Below are positions 9,664-21,531 of a DNA stretch of 33,486 nt, piece by piece. Made by a program: the position numbers and the translations under genes. The stretch lies in assembly GCF_001194135.2 (NCBI RefSeq), contig NC_068983.1, positions 156,757,135-156,790,620 on the forward strand, given 5' to 3'. The notes beneath the pieces were generated by a model that was given only the letters and a program-made list of their open reading frames with translations, did no database searches and had not been told where the DNA came from. The stretch is from Octopus bimaculoides (Eukaryota). Numbering within the stretch: position 1 is the first letter of the stretch; each line of letters opens with the position of its first letter.

Positions 9664-11799
9664 NNNNNNNNNNNNNNNNNNNNNNNNNNNNNNNNNNNNN
9701 NNNNNNNNNNNNNNNNNNNNNNNNNNNNNNNNNNNNNNNNNNNNNNNNNNNNNNNNNNNNNNNNNNNNNNNNNNNNNNNNNNNNNNNNNNNNNNNNNNNN
9801 NNNNNNNNNNNNNNNNNNNNNNNNNNNNNNNNNNNNNNNNNNNNNNNNNNNNNNNNNNNNNNNNNNNNNNNNNNNNNNNNNNNNNNNNNNNNNNNNNNNN
9901 NNNNNNNNNNNNNNNNNNNNNNNNNNNNNNNNNNNNNNNNNNNNNNNNNNNNNNNNNNNNNNNNNNNNNNNNNNNNNNNNNNGCATACTTAAATGTTAGT
10001 TTTTATCAAAAGAGAAAAGTATATTCAAATAGTCAACGGTTAAAGGTATGTTAATCATTTACATGGAATTATTTTACGCCAAACGCGATCTTACAGCCAG
10101 AAGTTTTTCACTTTCGCTTTTTAAACTACTTCTATATGCGCTGGTGCCTGTTCATTATTTTGGCTATGTATTACTTTTTACTAAATTTCAACATTTCAAG
10201 TGTTGTTTTATTGACTTGTCTTCTGTGGCTATTTCATTTTCTAATTCATTTCTCATTAATTTTCATTGTCATTTTTCTATATATCATCGTTTAGATTATT
10301 CTAGCTTGTTTCTGAAATTTCTTTCTTTCTATTGGCTAATTTCATGGTCATTTTGTCCTTGTTTTTCTAAGGCTTCATCGTTTAAATTTTTGTATTCTAT
10401 GTCTTACTTTTCTTGGTGTTGTTTTACATTTGCTTCTTGTTTTATTCAGTAGCTGTCATGTATCTACTTATTGATTAAATTATTTACATCCTGCTTTGAT
10501 ACAATTACCGTTCTCCCTAATTCAGACGTAGCTAGCTATTTTGCATATGGAGTTCCTAAAACTCTTTTTGATATGTTCTACTGAACTGTCGTTCTATCTT
10601 CTTTCTTGATAAATATTTTGTATCTGAAATCTATATTGCTTTTGGGAGCATGTTGTTGTTTATTGGAAAATGGGTACTGGTGCTTCATTTCTCATCTTTT
10701 GTACTTCATTAGTCATCCAGTCTGTTTTTCTATCGTGCAGACTCATTCTTTCTGAACTGTATCGTGTTTCACATGAGTAAGTTCTTTGTTGTCGTTCATT
10801 AGTGAGCCGAACAGTTGTAAGTTTAATTACATCATTTATATCTTGTATTGCTTAACTCTAGCTTAAAATTTGTATTTAAAGGCGCAAAATATGTTTTTGA
10901 TTAAGTTTCAGTTACTCTAAGCGTTCGTTATCGTTCTGCCCACCTCCCAAAAGCCAAGACATAATGCTTAAATGTGAACCAAATACGACAGAATAATTTC
11001 TGTCACTAATTTCCAGACATTATCAAAACAACATGGGATACTCTTTAATAAAACAGCACAAATTTTAGTTGCTTAGGAAAAGAAAGCAAGTGAATCAACG
11101 GCGAATCGAGGCTATGTAATCTACAGGACAATAATATTGTAACAATTGTCAGAATTTACAGCAGAGCCACAAGTTATTGAATATATGTGACTTCTTTATC
11201 GTTGCACGTTTGGAAACTAAAAGAGAATAATAAAATATAATATAATATAAATACGAATATAAATATAAACTATGCAATAGTAGATAAATCCATGCATATA
11301 TAAATAGTCTCTAGATATTCTTCCAGTGACCAGCAGAAAATTATAAACATTACTATGCTATAGTTTTGATGCTCAACGGAACAAAATATATGTGGCAACA
11401 TACTGCAGATATTAGAGCTAATTCATTTTTTAATTATAATATAAGTTGCAAGCGTGGTAAATATTTTGATGACACAACAACAGTAGAAATCAAATTATCC
11501 CGCGAAAATCAATGATAGTTTAGAGACGCAATGATAATTTAGAGACACCCAGAAATACATCAACTATATCTGTAACAGCTTCAAATATAAAACAACAATT
11601 TATGAAGTCAATAGAAAGACATCTAAAAACTGGAACAAAGGAATGATATATCAAAACGTATTTAACGTGTTTAGATCCAAGATAACAAAAGATAATTTGA
11701 TGAAAAAATATAGGTAACGTAAACAACAGATATCAACTAATGAATGAGAGACACACAAATATAGGACAATAACAAAGCAGGATACATCGTGCAAAATAG

Positions 11800-12400
11800 G
11801 ATAATTTTATGCAAAAATAAGTAGGGACTGAAGAACTCATGAAATGGCCAATTAGTAACGATATTTCCGTTAAGAATCGGGGAAGCAAGAACAAGACGTG
11901 AAAATATATGGTAATAAACAAGTGCTAAGCATACGAATGCAAAGCGGAATATTCAACAAACGACCTCGAATGCGAAATAAGTGCGTATCAATGTTAAGTT
12001 TAGAAGAACAAGGTACAATCGATATAATAAACATGTAGATCCAACAACTAAGGAATCCATCATGAATCAGTGACATCTAAATAATGACGTAGAATAAAAA
12101 AGATGTGATTATGCAACAATCATTTCTCATTCTTTTAGTTGGCTAATGGCAAATAATATGCAGACATGTAATTTCTGAAAAGTGGGAACTGGGATTTTCA
12201 TATAACCGGTAACAAAGCGGACCAATGAGAAATTAGATCAACCATCAAATTAGCCAAAGAAACAAAAGCAGCGTTAGAAAACTCTTAAAAAACAGCATCG
12301 AACATTAGCTAATATAAAATGAGCTTAATCCAATGGATGCCATTCAGTTAAAATACCAGAAGAAAAGAGTTGATGATTAGTTGTCTGTTTTAAACGGAAT
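11800..12400 (+). mobile_element. Very old AP-endonuclease-type LINE remnant (tentative)
   Basis: A-rich strand with ordered degenerate APE-like pieces: IDIINM*I (at the I-NVYAP position), IKLAKETKAALENS*K (at the L-FA...NT-F-K position) and SNG (at the W--PNG position). Many stops. Confidence 0.3.
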
Positions 12401-12999
12401 CTACTGAAATATTTTTGGCTTTGTCTACGTTTAAATCAAATCATTAAAAAATTTTGGAACTCAAAATGAAAAAGACTAAAAGATTTACTTACCTCCACGA
12501 TTATTAAATATAATTACGTGAACAAACTTTAAAAAGTGAATTGAAACAAACACTATGAGGAAATTGATTTAGTAAAAATCTCGATAAAATAAATCTAGAG
12601 GAAAAATCTAGCGGGGTCTATAAATAGAGGAGTAAACATTTTTTTTTATTCCTCATACGATTTCCTCCTGATAACGCTGCATTTGAATCATAAGATTTCA
12701 CTCTCTGTAGAAAGATAGATGGAAGAATTAAAGGTAATTTGAAGTGTTTATTTCCATATGTGATGAAAATAATACGAAAGGATATCGACGTTACTGTTGA
12801 GAATTGGGAAGACATGTTTTCATGATTTGATTTTTTAAGAAGTTTCTGAAGTCAATTTATTTACGGAATTTACTTTCAATTAAATTGTATAGTTCTATTC
12901 GTATAACAAGTGTGCGTGTGTTCGTATGCATAAGAATTTGCATCTATGTTAGTGTGACCCTTCTTTACAAGTGTTATGCATCTTTGTGTACGTTATGCA

Positions 13000-13063
<64 letters not shown>

Positions 13064-13512
13064 NNNNNNNNNNNNNNNNNNNNNNNNNNNNNNNNNNNNN
13101 NNNNNNNNNNNNNNNNNNNNNNNNNNNNNNNNNNNNNNNNNNNNNNNNNNNNNNNNNNNNNNNNNNNNNNNNNNNNNNNNNNNNNNNNNNNNNNNNNNNN
13201 NNNNNNNNNNNNNNNNNNNNNNNNNNNNNNNNNNNNNNNNNNNNNNNNNNNNNNNNNNNNNNNNNNNNNNNNNNNNNNNNNNNNNNNNNNNNNNNNNNNN
13301 NNNNNNNNNNNNNNNNNNNNNNNNNNNNNNNNNNNNNNNNNNNNNNNNNNNNNNNNNNNNNNNNNNNNNNNNNNNNNNNNNNNNNNNNNNNNNNNNNNNN
13401 NNNNNNNNNNNNNNNNNNNNNNNNNNNNNNNNNNNNNNNNNNNNNNNNNNNNNNNATATTCCATGTACTCGTACTTCGTATTTTTTCCATGACGTCCTGT
13501 GTCCAAATATGC

Positions 13513-13551
<39 letters not shown>

Positions 13552-13552
<1 letters not shown>

Positions 13553-13623
13553 TATATGTAGCATAGTCGTAAGTATTCCCGCCTGTCACGCGGGAGACCG
13601 AGGTTCGATTCCCCGCCGGGGAG
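13552..13623 (+). pseudogene. tRNA-Asp(GTC) pseudogene lacking the 5' acceptor strand
   Basis: From 13559 the sequence follows eukaryotic tRNA-Asp: TAGCATAGTCGTAAGTATTCCCGCCTGTCACGCGGGAGACCGAGGTTCGATTCCCCGCCGGGGAG. Anticodon stem CCCGC/GCGGG is intact, anticodon GTC at 13585-13587, B-box GGTTCGATTCC. The 7-nt 5' acceptor strand is replaced by ATATATG and the T-stem has an A-C mismatch. Confidence 0.88.
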
Positions 13624-13638
13624 GCCAGTGTTTCTTTA

Positions 13639-13790
13639 GGTGCAGGAGTAGCTGTGTGGTAAGTAGCTTGCTTACCAACCACATGGTTCCAGGTTCAGTC
13701 CCACTGCGTGGCACCTTGGGCAAGTGTTTTCGACTAAAGGCGGTGCTCCAGCATGGCAGCAGTCAAATGACTGAAACAAGTAAATGAGTA
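13639..13790 (+). mobile_element. SINE family A, internally deleted (head fused to extreme tail)
   Basis: Head GGTGCAGGAGTAGCTGTGTGGTAAG...GGTTCAGTCCCACTGCGTGGCACCTTGGGCAAGTG joins directly to TCGACTAAAGGCGGTGCTCCAGCATGG...AAATGACTGAAACAAGTAAA. The middle seen in 5641-6207 is missing. Confidence 0.88.
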
Positions 13791-14077
13791 CGTATAAATG
13801 TAAGTATGCACATATACGTCATATCGCCCGCAACAGCTTTTATCGTGAAGGGAAAAAATATGAGTAATAAAAATGGCTTTATAGCGGTGTTGATTGCTAT
13901 TTCTAAACATTAAGGGTTTTGAAACCCTCTTAGTTATAATTGTGAGTTGTTCACAATTATAATCATTCTTCTATGTATTTTATGATAACAGGCTTGGCCA
14001 TTGATATATTCATAAATAATTATTAATTGTTTGTAATATATCCTCTATAGTGTAGTTTTACATTACGTTTTAATTAT

Positions 14078-14101
14078 ACATACATACATACATACATACA
14101 T

Positions 14102-14134
<33 letters not shown>

Positions 14135-14188
14135 TAGATAAGATAGATAGATGGATAGATAGATAGATAGATAGATAGACAGATAGAC

Positions 14189-14243
<55 letters not shown>

Positions 14244-14333
14244 CACACAAACAGGCAGACAGATAGACAGACAAACATATAGGTAGGAAGGTAGGTAGGT
14301 AGGTAGGTAGGTAGGTAGGTAGGTAGGCAGGTA
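14078..14333. repeat. Compound tetranucleotide microsatellite (ACAT)n-(ACAG)n-(AGAT)n-(AGGT)n
   Basis: Directly visible ordered blocks. Confidence 0.95.
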
Positions 14334-14924
14334 TACATATGATGTATATGTCAATATTGCTAACATAAGCCCACGGATAGAGTATATTATCAATGTTCCC
14401 TAAGTCATTCTCCTTCTCGAAGTTTTTCCTATCGCATAAGTGTGTCGACAAAAGAATTACTCGTCCATTATACTGCTCATCTGGTGAACTACAATATTAA
14501 TTTGTCCTACTAATCGCATTAAATATATATCAATATACTGTCGATTTAAATGTTTGTTTCATTCATTTTTCTCTTTGTATTCATTTCAATTTAAAATTTA
14601 GGTTCTTGTAATGATAGAGAGTCAAAACGAAGATTTTAGCCAGAGATAAAAAAACCACAAGATGTAGACTGGAATAATATGAATATACTTACGTATGCTT
14701 TAGTATAGCAACATTTTAGACTGCTAGACTAAAGCAATATATGGCTGGTTCATATTACAGCTGTATCTCAGAGAAAAGTTGTTGTTTTTTAATTAAGTAT
14801 TAAATACTAAGTATTCAAAAAGAAGAAAAGCTTCAAATAATGTGAAAAGGAATTTGAATAAGCTTCATATATCTCAAATACCAAAGCCTATCGGCATTAG
14901 AAATGTGAGTTTATTTATGTCTTT

Positions 14925-14925
14925 G

Positions 14926-14986
<61 letters not shown>

Positions 14987-15311
14987 NNNNNNNNNNNNNN
15001 NNNNNNNNNNNNNNNNNNNNNNNNNNNNNNNNNNNNNNNNNNNNNNNNNNNNNNNNNNNNNNNNNNNNNNNNNNNNNNNNNNNNNNNNNNNNNNNNNNNN
15101 NNNNNNNNNNNNNNNNNNNNNNNNNNNNNNNNNNNNNNNNNNNNNNNNNNNNNNNNNNNNNNNNNNNNNNNNNNNNNNNNNNNNNNNNNNNNNNNNNNNN
15201 NNNNNNNNNNNNNNNNNNNNNNNNNNNNNNNNNNNNNNNNNNNNNNNNNNNNNNNNNNNNNNNNNNNNNNNNNNNNNNNNNNNNNNNNNNNNNNNNNNNN
15301 NNNNNNNNNNN

Positions 15312-15353
<42 letters not shown>
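14925..15353. repeat. (CT)n microsatellite flanking gap 14987-15311
   Basis: Directly visible on both sides of the gap. Confidence 0.9.
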
Positions 15354-15359
<6 letters not shown>

Positions 15360-16178
15360 CAAACGCATACGCGCATGCGCCTTTCAACATTCATTGGCTA
15401 GGTGATAATCTTGCTAAATGTTCTTGCTTGTGGCATGTTTCTCCTACCAAGAAAACATCAGCAACACTAATCCTGAAATCCTAACCAGGATAGCTTTGCA
15501 CATTGGAAACAGCGCCTCTACACTCACTATTACTACTGCAGCCGTTAGTTAAACCCACTAGTATTAACATCACCGTTACCACTCTCACTGTGGATAACAT
15601 TCTTAACACTGCCACCATAACCATCATTTCAAATACCATCACAGCTATCTTTCTGCAAACACTACTACTTTAAAGTCAAACGCCAACCATTAATACTCAC
15701 AAAACATTAATACCATAAATATCAATGCCACAGTCTCTATCACTCTAGAATCAGTAATACACATCCACACACAATGCTATAAAATAATAAAACAACTATA
15801 CAAGTACTCGCTCACTACATCACAATCGTCCACTATCGTTCTATCAACTTTTTTTATGACTTATGACAGTATATCGCATTGCTAGCTCTGGTTCCTTCAG
15901 TGATGGTGACTAACGTATGACAGGCAATATATGTTCGTCAGTGTCTCAGTGTTTTTATGTGTATTTATGTGTTACAGACTGAGAGTTAAATCCTTAGGCA
16001 TAAGAATCTAATAATAAAAAAAAGGTTCTCAAATATAAAAAAGGCATAAAAGCAACATTAGCAAAACAGAAGAATTTTTAAAATAAGCATAAAACACGAA
16101 CAGTTACAGAAACACGCTTTCATGGATACACATATATTTGCATATGTATATATGTGTACATATGTGTACACATACTCG

Positions 16179-16218
<40 letters not shown>

Positions 16219-16544
16219 NNNNNNNNNNNNNNNNNNNNNNNNNNNNNNNNNNNNNNNNNNNNNNNNNNNNNNNNNNNNNNNNNNNNNNNNNNNNNNNNNN
16301 NNNNNNNNNNNNNNNNNNNNNNNNNNNNNNNNNNNNNNNNNNNNNNNNNNNNNNNNNNNNNNNNNNNNNNNNNNNNNNNNNNNNNNNNNNNNNNNNNNNN
16401 NNNNNNNNNNNNNNNNNNNNNNNNNNNNNNNNNNNNNNNNNNNNNNNNNNNNNNNNNNNNNNNNNNNNNNNNNNNNNNNNNNNTATATTAATAAATAAAT
16501 GTGTTTTGTGTGCATATAGATATCAAAGTGGTTTCTGAAAAATC

Positions 16545-16588
<44 letters not shown>

Positions 16589-16589
16589 T

Positions 16590-17076
16590 TTCCTTTAAAT
16601 ATGATTATAGAGAAAACAGTTTTTTTTTTGTCAGTTGTGGTAATTGTACTCGAGGAAGTTTCCATAGCAAGTCTACTCTTCACTGTCGAGCAGAGAGCAA
16701 ATTTTTTTATTAATCTGGGAAGCAATCAGGCGTTCAAGAACCCAATGGACAAGCTTGGACTCGTTTCCTACTTCATAAAAATGTTTTTTTGGTTTAAGTG
16801 TGATTTAAATTTGTTTTACTAATTCTCGGGTAGTTTGCTTTGGATTTTCCTCATCTGTAGTTTTCAGATGTTCAGTATTGACAAGTGTTTTGTCGTCCCA
16901 AACGAAGGGCCTCTACAAGAGAAAAAAATTCCTGAGTGAAACTGGCCAAATCATCGTTGACATGTACGGACACTTGAGGCTTCATTTTCTTAGAGAAAAG
17001 AAGTATTTCTTGCTGCTTCCACTGCTGAAGAGCCTCTTTTGAAGTCATACAGCTTGCAGGTCTGATCTAAACTCAT
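16590..17076 (-). mobile_element. Mariner (DD34D-type) transposase N-terminal remnant
   Basis: ATG at 17074-17076. By-eye translation: LYDFKRGSSAVEAARN, SVRTCQR*F, ENPKQTTREL, KLVHWVLERL (WVPHEL position), then ALCSTVKSR...TITTTDKK (IVTGDEKW position; ORF 16543-16725). Stops and frameshifts are present. Confidence 0.78.
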
Positions 17077-17289
17077 TTTAAAAGAGGCGAAATCGATACA
17101 AATTTTACAATGGTGTATGTATGAAGTGGTTTGTAATGATAGGAAAAACAAACATTAAAATGTAAAAAATAATGCGTATTTTCCGATAAGTATTGAAAAA
17201 GTATTTTCAAAATGATCATGTTAAAAATGCGACAGAACTTTGTTTCCAGCTGAACAGAAGAAACTTGTCCAAGGTGTTGCGCAGTACGA

Positions 17290-17480
17290 AACTACATAGT
17301 TGTAAAGCGACCTTGTTAGCCATGCAGCCCTGTCTTCTGCGCCACTACAGGCATGAATATGCCTCCGCGTCATGCTGTCAATAATTGTTTTTTGTGCCTG
17401 TGTAGTAGCTAGCAGATATGCACAAATCACTTGATCCAGCGGATCACCAACGTTGTTTCCAGCGTTCAAGTGTACCAATC
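17290..17480 (-). mobile_element. Possible Tc1-like transposase C-terminal remnant
   Basis: ORF 17221-17478 has HLNAGNNVGDPL (PDLNPIEN-WD position) and IIDSMTRR..AC (I-SM-RR--AC position). Similarity is weak. Confidence 0.3.
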
Positions 17481-17502
17481 AACTTCTGGTTGGTATTCGG
17501 TT

Positions 17503-17569
17503 GGTATTCATTTTCAGTTGAGTGAATTGGATCATCATAAAATGAAGCATTTTGCTGAAAGACACAACG
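17503..17569 (-). mobile_element. Diverged fragment of SINE family C central domain
   Basis: CAGTTGAGTGAATTGGATCATCATAAAATGAAGCATTTTGCTGAAAGACACAACG aligns with CAGCTGAGTGGACTGGAGCAATGTGGAATAAAGTACCTTGCTTAGGGACACAACG at 30303-30358. Confidence 0.55.
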
Positions 17570-17982
17570 AATCGAAGCCATGATGCCATCATCTCGAGAT
17601 CAACACTCTAACAATTACGCCACACACTTCCATACATAAACACAAACACATACACAAATATGATTAATATATTATTATATACTTTATACATGTGTGTATC
17701 TGTGTGTACGCGTGGGAGTATTACATATCAAGTATTAACAAATGTTTGTTGCCACAGCGACTGGCAATATGGCTCGGAGTAGTTGTGAGCTATTGTGATT
17801 ATTTTTAAAAGTTTTGTTAATGTGTCAGATCTGAGGCTAGTGTTAGCTGCTAGACTGCCTGTCGACTGTTTAAAACATATTTCTCTATCATCGCGATTGT
17901 TGTTTAACATAGTGTCTATATTTTATCATGGAGAAATAGTTATCATCTCCTATCTGCGATTATGACGTGTATTTTTTCACAG

Positions 17983-18039
17983 GGCGAGTCTGTTTTGCTA
18001 TATTATCTCTACTAATATACCATGTCTGCTTTACCAGAC
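17983..18039 (+). other. Candidate 57-nt exon, possibly carrying a start codon
   Basis: Acceptor ATTTTTTCACAG at 17971-17982, branch-like TATGAC about 20 nt upstream, donor AC/GTGAGT at 18040. ACCATG at 18019-18024 opens MSALPD to a phase-0 donor. No homology support. Confidence 0.28.
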
Positions 18040-18136
18040 GTGAGTGCTAATTTAACGTCGCAGCTAATATGTCACCACAGATAAACGGCTTCATTTTCCC
18101 CTCCATTTCTCGCTCTCTCTCTCTCTCTCTCACTCA

Positions 18137-18204
<68 letters not shown>

Positions 18205-18558
18205 ATTATTTCCCTCCCTCTTTCTTTCTTCGATGCATTTAGTCTTCACTTTTGCAAAAGAGATTCCAAAAACACAACGTATTGTGAGAGATAAAATGTT
18301 GGTCTGTTTATGGGAAAACATTTTTATCTGTGGGTCAGGATAGTTGATGTAGTATTTAATTATGCATGTTTGTTTACTATAGCTGATTACAGTGTCGGAT
18401 GCGGCGGTCGTTGTGGTGGTGGTCATGATGGTATTGGTGTTGATGCTAACTGTATTGTTGGTAACGATGCCAATGCTACCGATAGAAGTCTCATGCTTCT
18501 GATTATCCATTAGTGTTACGTTGTTCGCCGGTTTCATAATAATTTTAAAAATTCATAT

Positions 18559-18592
<34 letters not shown>

Positions 18593-19592
18593 CTCTGTGT
18601 GTCTGTGTCTCTCTGTGTGTTGTTTGTGTGTGTGTCCGCACGTGCCAGTGTGTGTGTGTGTGACCGAATAACCTCCGCTTTATCACCCTCTTTTTCTACG
18701 TCACAACTCACAAAACCCCTAATGACTATTACCTCCTTGGTGTAATAAACAGACTCATCAAAGTATGTATGAAGTAAAAAAAAATGTAAAACAGAGGAGA
18801 GACAGAGACAGAGACAGGCAGAGAGTGTGATACAGACAAATAGACAAACACAAACATTAAAAAAGACAGAGAGACAGAGAGAGAGAGGGAGACAGGGACA
18901 CAGAGACACTGAGACAAACAGACAGAAACAGAGAGAGAGTACGACCTCTAACACGTGTTCGACTTATACATTATATACTGCCAACTATGTCACAAGTATT
19001 ACTAAAGAGCGAAATAAAGGTTACATTCGAATAATATAGTCCTCAGTACACAAAACATTAGGATTGTCTTAACTGGAATGCCTTCGTCTTGATTTTTTGT
19101 TCGATCATTTCTTATCTATAATTATACAGCAACTAAATTTACTTCACTAAAGTGAAAGGAACAAGTGTGCGTTGGCGCTCAACTCCCTAGAAATAGCAGT
19201 CAAAGTTTTGTCAAACCAAGTCAAACCTTCGAAAATGGGAAACGAAATACTGGAAATGATACTTTGCTGAAGAAATATAGAAATCATGGCTTATTCTACC
19301 TGTTTCTTCAACAATCATATGGAAATAGAAGGTGCAGCCAACAAAGAAGACTTTGCACTGTAGTTCTAGTTACTAAAAATAGCAGTTACATTTAGCCAGA
19401 TTACACTCTAAATCTTAGATTAGAAAAGGACTCGTGAAAAGATATGGTCCTATATCAAACACACGAAACTGCATACAAATATGAACACAGAAATGGATAG
19501 AAATATAGATAAAATAATAGATGAAAATACGTACCTACATACACACACACAAATACATACATACAGGCATACATATATACACACATATGCAT

Positions 19593-19645
19593 GTAAGTGG
19601 ATTTGGTAGACGGAAACTGAAAAGCCCGTCGTATATCTATGTATT

Positions 19646-19704
<59 letters not shown>

Positions 19705-19714
19705 NNNNNNNNNN

Positions 19715-19769
<55 letters not shown>

Positions 19770-20063
19770 ATATATATATAAATATATATACGTATGTATA
19801 TATATATATATATATCCTCACACATATATATATATATATATATATGTATACATATATATATGTATTTGTTCGTCTGTGTTTGCCCTCCACACACACACAA
19901 CTACCACCACCATCGCTTGACAGCGATGCTGGTGTGTTTACGTCCCCGTAACTTAGCGGTTCGGCAAAGAGACCAATAGAATAAGTACTAGGCTTACAAA
20001 GAATAAGTCCTGGCAGTGCTCCAGCATAGCCACAGTCCAATGACTGAAACAAGTTAAAGAATA
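19593..20063 (+). mobile_element. SINE family A, 5'-truncated, with expanded internal (TG)n/(TA)n
   Basis: Begins at GTAAGTGGATTTGGTAGACGGAAACTGAAAAGCCCGTCG. Tail CATCGCTTGACAGCGATGCTGGTGTGTTTACGTCCCCGTAACTTAGCGGTTCGGCAAAGAGACC...TGACTGAAACAAG, with the GGTCGAT..TCGAC block deleted. Confidence 0.88.
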
Positions 20064-20259
20064 TATAAGTACATACATACATACATACATATGTACATAC
20101 ATACATACATACATACATACATACATACATACATACATACATACATACAAGATAAATGTTCATATGTGATTGTCAACCGAGAAAAGATTGTCGACCAGAC
20201 AGACAACATGTACATCAACGTCTTTCGTATCACCCCTATCTCTAATGATGATGTTGCCG

Positions 20260-21213
20260 TGACTAAAGCCTGGATAATAAAAGGGTATATCTGTAGACTC
20301 CAGTAAATATGGAACTTACAATTATATCATGGAATGCTTTTCAGTGCCAGTGCTAGTATCAACATTTGGGATATTATACCAAACACTTGACGAGATGCGC
20401 AGTCTGGATATCAAGAACTGAAAGGTATTGACCACCACTGTGAGAGAAGGTGATGGCCGCAGTAGTATAAGGTCAGTCCGAGCAGCCTTTGAATGTCGCA
20501 TTGTATCACTTGGACAACACCTGATATCAAAGAAAGAAACGAATATATTCCATGCATACGCAAATGTGAAAGCAACATCTTCAGAGATAGAAAAGAACTA
20601 CTGATCAAATACTCTGAGTATATAGCTGTCTCATGCAATCCAAAGAATCTGGACTGGCCAACCTAAACAGAAGCTTAGAGAGGAATCATCGTACCAGCAA
20701 AAAGCAGCTCATGGATACATATCCCGTAAACCATAGGGTAACAACTGCGCTGACAGGAAGAGTAGCCTCTCCTGGGCTTGTGATAGATACATTACATTCC
20801 ACTCGGAAAGATATGTCTTTGCTATATAGGGACAAGAGATAGCTACTAAATACTTGATAAAGAAAAGGGACAAAGATACCAACAAACCTCCTTGTTTTCA
20901 TAAAAAATATCGTCTCTGCTATATCAGTGTTGAATATATCAACTACATCAGCAGCTACTCCAGACTGTATACGAGAGACTACCTGCGCCTGAGGTTTGAT
21001 ATGGTTGCAAAGACTAGTAACAATGCTATCTCACAGGAAGGATGCTCAGATATATACATCAAAGGCATGTCAGAACAAACAGATATTCGCACCTTTAAAA
21101 GCAAGGAAACAGCAATTCGATACAAACATAACGGAATTGATATTGTTCTGTGGAACAGAGAAAAAACGCCGTGCCCTGTTGTACAGGTCAGCTCCCCAGT
21201 GTATGTGAATGCG
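20260..21213 (+). mobile_element. Old R4-like LINE fragment: RT thumb, degenerate CCHC zinc knuckle, start of REL endonuclease
   Basis: By-eye pieces in order: SVPVLVSTFGIL..TLDEMRSLDIK; GRSSIRSVRAAFECRIVSLGQHL; QQKAAHGYI; FAI*GQEIATKYLIKKRDK. ORF 20854-21345 continues YRLC...EYINYI...RFDMVAK and KHNGIDIVLWN..CPVVQVSSP. Confidence 0.78.
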
Positions 21214-21241
21214 CGTGACCATATATGTATGCATGTGTGTG

Positions 21242-21275
<34 letters not shown>

Positions 21276-21531
21276 TGTACGTGTATGTGTATGTATGCCT
21301 GTATGTATATATGATTTTTCTTTTGTGTTTTATTTAAGTTCTTAAGAGAGTTTAACCCGGCCGTTAACAAAGCGACAAGACGTTTTGAGCTAAGAGTGTT
21401 CCCAGTGTTTGTAAATACGCAATTGAGTTGTTGTGCTGGTTGAGCTGTCAATGCCCAAGTGTGTGCGGCTATACACCTAAGGTATCTCAGATGGAGAGTC
21501 TTTGGAATATCTCTCAAATCTTCACTTTGCC

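Noticed and set aside
10100-10800. Strand-asymmetric T-rich stretch suggestive of an old minus-strand LINE
   Set aside because: Only one weak piece (KTDWMTNEV) is visible; not enough to call.
12885-13787. Long ORFs of 150-360 aa here and at other gaps (e.g. 28829-29917)
   Set aside because: Length comes from N runs and microsatellites that contain no stop codons.
15500-15850. C/A-rich Thr-like tract
   Set aside because: Looks like a decayed (ACC/ACT)n microsatellite; no sustained ORF.
18163-18537. Thr/Asn-rich 124-aa minus-strand ORF
   Set aside because: Built on degenerate (GGT/GAT) repeats and ends in (TA)n; no domain or splice support.
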